A model generated the notes under the pieces. That model did not search any database and was not told the origin of the DNA. It was given only the letters and a program-made list of their open reading frames with translations. DNA of 64,000 nt from Phycisphaerae bacterium. GTDB taxonomy: Bacteria > Planctomycetota > Phycisphaerae > UBA1845 > Fen-1342. The DNA lies in the NCBI GenBank assembly GCA_050115495.1, contig JASFQK010000014.1, positions 1 through 64,000 on the forward strand, in the 5' to 3' direction. Made by a program: the position numbers and the translations under genes. Positions 58,294-64,000 of this stretch are shown here, in pieces. Every line of letters starts with the position of its first letter. The stretch's first letter is position 1.

Positions 58294-59982
58294 ATGCAAG
58301 CCGGCGCTAACGCTATTCCGCCAGAGCCAACGACCACGCCGAGCCGCCGGTCGCTGGTGGCGCTGGCCGTCATTCTGGCCGTCGCGGCGGCGTTGCGGCT
58401 GCCGACGCTGGACAGCGTGCCGCCGGGGCTCAATCAGGACGAGGCGGCGAACGCGTGGAATGCGTGGTGCCTGCTGAAGACGGGCACCGACCAGACCGGG
58501 GCACCGTGGCCGATCTTCTACTACCGCGCCCTCGGCGAGAACCGCAGCGCCCTGTTCCTCTACTTTCTGCTGCCGTTCCAGGCAGTCGGCGGGCTGAACA
58601 TCTGGACGACGCGATTGCCGGCGGCGTGCGCGGGGGTGCTCACGATCTTGCTCGTGTACTGGGTCATGCGGCGGCTGTTCGATCGGCCGGCGGGACTCGC
58701 CGCCGCGGCCTTGCTCGCGATCAACCCGGCGTTTATCCAGATGGGCCGCTGGGGGCACGAAGGTTGCGTTACCCCCCTGCTCACGCTGGCGCCGCTGGCG
58801 CTGCTGCTGTGGGCCGGATTGCCGCTGTCCGATCGGCCGGCTACGCCGCGGCCGTGGCGGGCACTCGTTGCCGGTCTGCTCATCGGGATTTGCTGCTACG
58901 GCTATCCGGCGGTGCGGCTGTTCGTGCCGATCTACCTCGTCGGAGCGGTGCTGGTGACGGCGCCGGGCTGGTGGGGATTGCTGCGGACCGTCGCCGGCCG
59001 GCAGACGCTGCTCACGCTGGCGATCGGCGTGGCGGCGACGTTCGGCCCGCTGGCGTACATGCACATGACCGACGACGCCATCGGCAAACGTGGCAGCATG
59101 ACGTGGCTGTGGAAGCCCGACGACCCGCTCGCCACCCGCGTCGAGAAAGTCGCCGATCGGTACGAGCAGCATTTCACCGCCGAATTCCTCTTTCGGCGCG
59201 GCGACGCCGACGCGATCGCCTGGACGCCGGGCTTCGGGCTACTGCCGAGGTACCTGCTGCCGCTCCAGGTTGCCGGGCTGATTCTGCTGCTGCCGCAGCT
59301 GCATCGACGGCGGGCGGCGCGGCTCGTTGCGCTCGGCGTGCTACTCTATCCGGCGGGGGATCTGCTCAACTGGCATACGAGCCTGCACGCGTTGCGCAGC
59401 TCGGCGGGGCTCGTGGCGTTGATACTGCCGGCGGCGATCGGCGTGGCGGTTCCGCTGTCGTACGCGGTGAGCCGGCGACTGCCGGCGGTGTTGCTGGCGT
59501 TCAGCGTTCTGCTGGCGGGGTTGATCTTGCCGGAGGAAGGCCGATTTCTGCACGCGTCGTTCGTCGAGCGGCAGACGCTGCATGAGACGTACGTGGGGAA
59601 TGCGGTGCCGCTACGGGCGGCGTGTGAATGGGTGCGGCCACGGTTGGCGGACGTCGACGCGGTCATCTGCACGACGCTCGATATGAACCAGCCGTATATC
59701 GTTACGCTGGTGACGCTCGGGCACGATCCGCGCAACTGGTTTGCCGAGCCGCGCGAGTTCCACAACGACGGGAAGTGGGATGTGTACACACGGTATGGGC
59801 GGTTTCATTTCCTGCCCGAAGTCGAGCGGGCGGCGTTGCTGGAGAGCTTCGCCGGCAACGGTCGGCCGGACCGCGTTGTGCTCTTTCTGAACCCTGCGGA
59901 GCCGCTGCCGATTCCGCCGGCGGCGACGATCGTGGGGCCGGATCGGCAGCCGGCGTTGCTGATTTACGACGTCGTGCGGTGA
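58294..59982 (+). CDS. ArnT/PMT-like (GT-C) membrane glycosyltransferase, paralog 2
   Basis: LRL...PPGLNQDEAANAWNAWCLLKTGTDQTGAPWP; collinear with paralog 1 over its whole length. Confidence 0.88.
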   Translation: MQAGANAIPPEPTTTPSRRSLVALAVILAVAAALRLPTLDSVPPGLNQDEAANAWNAWCLLKTGTDQTGAPWPIFYYRALGENRSALFLYFLLPFQAVGGLNIWTTRLPAACAGVLTILLVYWVMRRLFDRPAGLAAAALLAINPAFIQMGRWGHEGCVTPLLTLAPLALLLWAGLPLSDRPATPRPWRALVAGLLIGICCYGYPAVRLFVPIYLVGAVLVTAPGWWGLLRTVAGRQTLLTLAIGVAATFGPLAYMHMTDDAIGKRGSMTWLWKPDDPLATRVEKVADRYEQHFTAEFLFRRGDADAIAWTPGFGLLPRYLLPLQVAGLILLLPQLHRRRAARLVALGVLLYPAGDLLNWHTSLHALRSSAGLVALILPAAIGVAVPLSYAVSRRLPAVLLAFSVLLAGLILPEEGRFLHASFVERQTLHETYVGNAVPLRAACEWVRPRLADVDAVICTTLDMNQPYIVTLVTLGHDPRNWFAEPREFHNDGKWDVYTRYGRFHFLPEVERAALLESFAGNGRPDRVVLFLNPAEPLPIPPAATIVGPDRQPALLIYDVVR

Positions 59983-60270
59983 TGCTGCTGTCGGGCGCTG
60001 TGTGGCATGTCGAAGCGCAGCGCCGGCATGTTGTTCGTGTCGCGAACGGAAGACATGCCGGCGCCTGAGAGCTTCGGCATGCCACACTCCGTGGCGGACG
60101 TCTTCCGCAGCACGACGCCACCTGTTCGAGCTGCGACTGGCGGAGAGTGGTTTGCGCAGACGGCGCGGTTGTACGCTACGACCCGCTCGCTGCTGCTCGG
60201 GGCTCGGATTGGCGTTGACACGCCTCATCCATCGCTGCCGCTCAGGGCTCGGATCCGGGGCGGCGCGGGG

Positions 60271-61095
60271 TTAGGTCTCGTCGTCCTCTTCTTCTTCCTC
60301 GTCCGCGGCCATGGCGGCGGTGATGGCCGTCTTCTCCAGGATGCTGTTCAGACGCTTGCGCACGAGGGGGAGGAACATCACGTGCGGGATGCGGCGAAGC
60401 TCCTTTGTTCCGGTGGCGTTGTAGACGATCAGCGTGCCGGCCAGGCCGAGCAGCAGCTCGAGCACGTCGGGGAAGCTGCTGCGAATGGTCTTCGCCCCGC
60501 GGCCGAGGGAATCGTCCATCTTGCCGAAGGCGTAGTGCTCGAACTCGTTGTGCGTGATCCGCCAGCGGTCATTCAAGCGGGCGTAGACCAGCATGATGAG
60601 ATACGGCACCAGCAGGATCACGCTGATCGACAGCCCCAGGCTGCGGTTGTACTGCACGTCCCGGTTGGCGAACCAGCGGTAGATGTCGCCGAAGAAGGTG
60701 TAGTTGCGGTCCTGGAGCCATAGCCCGAGAAACCAGAAGGCGGCGATCACCACGAGCCAGAAGACGGCGTGGTTGCGGTCGATGTCCACGCCGAGCGTGA
60801 GCACCACGATGATGGCGACCCAGATGTAGATCCAGCCGACCCATTCGAGCCGGCCCAGCACGGGGGCGGTCTCGGGCGTTGTCGCCGCCGGTGCGGTGCT
60901 CGTCTCGGCCACGGTGGCCTGGCCGGCGGCCGGCAGCGTCGCCGGTGCACCGAACGGCCACAGCACGAAGCCCGCGAGGATGAGCGGCCAGATGAACAGC
61001 AGCTTCGGATAGGTGATGAAAGTCACCTCGTGCCGTTTCTTGTCAGCGGACGGCCTGCTTGGCTTCGATGGCTGGGGACTGGTCGCGTTCTCCAC
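60271..61095 (-). CDS. Hypothetical membrane protein
   Basis: About four TMs plus a C-terminal soluble domain and acidic tail; GGAAGGAG RBS before GTG 61095. Confidence 0.75.
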   Translation of the reverse strand: MENATSPQPSKPSRPSADKKRHEVTFITYPKLLFIWPLILAGFVLWPFGAPATLPAAGQATVAETSTAPAATTPETAPVLGRLEWVGWIYIWVAIIVVLTLGVDIDRNHAVFWLVVIAAFWFLGLWLQDRNYTFFGDIYRWFANRDVQYNRSLGLSISVILLVPYLIMLVYARLNDRWRITHNEFEHYAFGKMDDSLGRGAKTIRSSFPDVLELLLGLAGTLIVYNATGTKELRRIPHVMFLPLVRKRLNSILEKTAITAAMAADEEEEEDDET

Positions 61096-61139
61096 TATCG
61101 GCTCCTTCCTCATCACCGGCCACGCCGGCGAGCGGCTGA

Positions 61140-63209
61140 CTATCGTTCGACGCTGATCCGCGGCGCCACGCCGGAGTCGATGTCGGCCAAGCCGGCGGGC
61201 TGCGGCGAGCGTGCCCCGCCATTGCCGCCGGCGTTCACGGCCCACAACGCCAGGACGCCCGGCAGCAGCCAGACGAGGTTCGTCACGGCGCCGCCGTCAC
61301 TGGCGAGCATGACGGCACAGATGACCATGACCAGACCGCCGACCAGGTGGTGCACCTGCGGCCGCTGTCCGGCCATGATCACGATGGCCACCAGCAGGGC
61401 CACGATGCCCGCCAGCAGCTTGATGAGCTTGCGCATGAGGGCCCACCGGCTGCTGTCGGCGTGCTCGGTCGTGCTCCACAGGGTCCAGACGCCCGGCTCG
61501 GTGGGTTCCGCGACCGTGGTCGACAGCCAGGTCTGCTCGAGCACGGTGCGGAGCGTCACCCACATCCGCGTGACCGGAGGCTGGGCGGCGAGGGCGGCGT
61601 CGTACCGGCGATTCAGCTCGTCGGCGGTGTCGGCGGTCGGCACGAGGCGCTGGAACAGCAGCTTGCGGGTGTCGATATCACCATGGTCCACCGCGCTACG
61701 TCCAGTGCCGGTCACCGACGGGTTGAGCGTCAGGGCCTCGCTGTTGACCAGGAAGCGCCAGAACCAGCGCAGCCAGCCGCGCGGGGTTTCCTTCTCCTCG
61801 GTGACGTACGGGGTGACGAGGAGGGTCGTGCCGTCATCGCCGCGGGCGACGGTGTACGTCGGCGGTAGCCCGGCTCGCGCGAGGGCGGCGTCGGCCCGTG
61901 GCAACGCCGGCGCCGCCAGCCAGACCAGGCCGGCCACGCCGAGAGCCAAGCCGCCAATCACGCCGACGAGCCCGCCGATCGCCTCCCAGCCGTGCCGGAA
62001 GAAGTACGCCAGGAAGAGCGGCAGAGCCAGCCACGCCCACGGCCAGGCGAAGCCGGCCATGACGATCAGCAGGCCGGACAGCAGGCCGCCGATGCCGGGA
62101 ATCAGGGCGAACGCCAAGCTCCAGCAGAGCAGCACGGCGGGCAGCATGATTTCGGGCCGAGAGAGGCACTCCAGCGCGCCCGGGAACACACAGAACAGGA
62201 TAACCATTGTCAGGCCCATGCCCGGCGAGTGCAGTCGTCGCCCGATGGTCGACAGGCCCAGCACCATGAGCAGGAACAGCAGGCCGTTGGCCAACCGTGC
62301 TCCGGAGAAGTCGCCGGCCTGCCACCAGTCGGTGTCCTGCCATTTCGCCCGGTCGGCCCAGGTCATCGTGACGAAGTTGTCCTCGTCGGCCATGGACGTC
62401 ACGGGCGGCCGGACGCGGGCCGCACCAGCGTGCAGCAGGTACAGCAGCGGGCTGCGGGCGTCGTGGCCCTCCACGTGGGCATAGGGCAACTCGCCCGTTT
62501 CGTTGAAGTACGCGGCGCCGACGATGCCGTCACACGTGCCCGGCGTCAGCGGCGACGTCGCCACGTCGTGCACGCCGATCACGAGGCCGGCCAGCATCAG
62601 TACGAACAGCGCCCCGTTCGAGACGTTGACCTCGCAGCGAACGATCTTCGTCGAGCCGAGGCAGCGCCAGCCGCGCAAGAGCCAGTACAGGCCGGCGAGG
62701 GTCAGTAGCAGGTAGGACCACCATTGGCCCGTTTGTCCCAGGTAGCACCTCGGCAGGCCCAGGCGGCTCGTATCGCCGCGCATGAGGAGCAACAGACAGG
62801 TCGCCGCCAGAATCAGGGCGTCGAAGTTGCGCAGCGACAGCAGTGGTCGCATGCGGAAACTCAGCGCCAGAATCACGACGACGGCAAACCAGGTGAGTGT
62901 CGCGCCCGACAGCGGCGGCATGAGGCAGACGCGCCGTGCCGTAGGCGCGGTACGCTGGCTGGTCGGCATGGTGCTCGGTGGCCGGTCATGGTAGCCCGCA
63001 GCCGTCTCGCCCACGTCGAACATGGTGGTAACGTCCGACTCTTCCACGTTCGCCGGGGCGCTGGTGGGCTGTTCTGCCTGCGCCGTCGCGTACGACGACG
63101 AGGCGCCCAGGGCGGAAACGGTCAGCGCCGACAGACACCAGGCGGCCAGCAGTAGGGACAGCCGGCCGCGTTGCAGCAGCGAAAGATGCATCACCTGATA
63201 CTCCCTCAA
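61140..63209 (-). CDS. Large polytopic membrane protein, possibly GT-C (GT87-like)
   Basis: Signal-like N-terminus, many TMs, DGIVGA...GELPY...PLLYLLH motif. Confidence 0.65.
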   Translation of the reverse strand: MREYQVMHLSLLQRGRLSLLLAAWCLSALTVSALGASSSYATAQAEQPTSAPANVEESDVTTMFDVGETAAGYHDRPPSTMPTSQRTAPTARRVCLMPPLSGATLTWFAVVVILALSFRMRPLLSLRNFDALILAATCLLLLMRGDTSRLGLPRCYLGQTGQWWSYLLLTLAGLYWLLRGWRCLGSTKIVRCEVNVSNGALFVLMLAGLVIGVHDVATSPLTPGTCDGIVGAAYFNETGELPYAHVEGHDARSPLLYLLHAGAARVRPPVTSMADEDNFVTMTWADRAKWQDTDWWQAGDFSGARLANGLLFLLMVLGLSTIGRRLHSPGMGLTMVILFCVFPGALECLSRPEIMLPAVLLCWSLAFALIPGIGGLLSGLLIVMAGFAWPWAWLALPLFLAYFFRHGWEAIGGLVGVIGGLALGVAGLVWLAAPALPRADAALARAGLPPTYTVARGDDGTTLLVTPYVTEEKETPRGWLRWFWRFLVNSEALTLNPSVTGTGRSAVDHGDIDTRKLLFQRLVPTADTADELNRRYDAALAAQPPVTRMWVTLRTVLEQTWLSTTVAEPTEPGVWTLWSTTEHADSSRWALMRKLIKLLAGIVALLVAIVIMAGQRPQVHHLVGGLVMVICAVMLASDGGAVTNLVWLLPGVLALWAVNAGGNGGARSPQPAGLADIDSGVAPRISVER

Positions 63210-64000
63210 GGACCCGCTCAGATTGCGACGGGCCGGAGAAAATCCGCGCCAATAAACCCACGCTCATCCTACCACGCGCCCGATGGGCGGGACACCCCGC
63301 CTCGTCGTCTGACACGGCGCGTCGCCCTCGGTCAGCATACTAACCGACAACGCCGCCGCGTTCCGTTCGCACCCCTAGCCTGCGGCCCCCGCCGCACGGT
63401 TTTATACAAGTCGGCGCGCGGACGGACGCAAGCCGCGGGCCTGTGCCGCGAGAGTATTCGTTTGCCGGCGGTGATTCTTCCGTCGAGTGCGGCGCGCTGC
63501 TGGCCGCGCAGACACGTCAGAACTTCGCCGCTTGTTGACGGCATCCTTGCGCGACGCAGGTGTGATGCGCGAACGTGGTGTCGCGAAGCCTCCTTGGGCA
63601 ATCGTGCGCCGGTGGTGAACCGCCGAGGCAGCGCTCCTTCGCTCGGCGGCGTTCGCCGGGCAGAGCCGGAACCGGTCCCGGACATTGAGTTATCAGACTG
63701 AGGCGTTCTGATGCGGGCACTACGGGCCCTAACCGGGAACATCTGTACCCATAATGGGTTGGAGAACGCGGTGGGGACTGCTACGATGAAGGTGTCCGGA
63801 TTGTAGCCGACCGTTGAGCAGGTACGTGGGAGTTGCGGGCTTCGATTTCCACGTCGCCAGGGCCGATGGCCGATGACGCTCACGAGAGGCGAGTCGAGCT
63901 GGGATGCGGTTGGATGCTGCGCCGGGAATTCCAAGACGCCCGTCCCATTTTCATTATGTGGACTATGTCCGCGCGGCGATCAGGACACGTGTCCAGGTCA

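Noticed and set aside
47992..60087. Recurrent palindromes as a CRISPR array
   Set aside because: Copies are dispersed kilobases apart with no repeat-spacer periodicity and no cas genes; they are REP-like.
63332..64000. 200-aa minus-strand ORF near the window end
   Set aside because: Low-complexity composition, no motif or RBS; cannot be supported as a gene.

Overview
High-GC bacterial chromosome segment, most likely from Planctomycetota (Phycisphaerae-like). This is inferred from the dockerin-like and PEP-CTERM proteins, a CxxCxYxLRGL..RCPECG zinc-ribbon membrane protein and the integrase type. From left to right: (1) the end of an IS256-family element that appears to have cut a TPR-containing membrane glycosyltransferase gene; (2) secreted dockerin-like and PEP-CTERM proteins; (3) a ~12.3 kb satellite-like integrative element (8726-21011) inserted at the 3' end of tRNA-Val(TAC), carrying a tyrosine integrase whose reading frame crosses the att site, AlpA, a primase-helicase with internal iterons, an HTH regulator and a complete His-Xaa-Ser radical-SAM peptide system (hxsA-D-B-C); (4) core-like genes: pilT, a PilB/GspE-like protein with a degenerate Walker A, a CvpA-domain protein, a response regulator, an ABC-F ATPase, an S1/P1-type nuclease and a GT2-GT4 fusion; (5) an apparently intact 'head-only' Mu-like operon (portal, GNAT, protease, decoration protein, major capsid, gp36 adaptor, small membrane/lipoproteins) with no terminase, tail, endolysin, transposase or repressor beside it and with host REP-like repeats between its genes, a candidate domesticated capsid system; (6) feoA, split feoB and a CDF transporter behind a palindromic operator, a HEAT-repeat lipoprotein, an amidohydrolase and several GT-C glycosyltransferases. 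Several REP-like repeat families fill intergenic spaces. No CRISPR array or rRNA was seen. All family calls come from motif recognition by eye; no database search was run.
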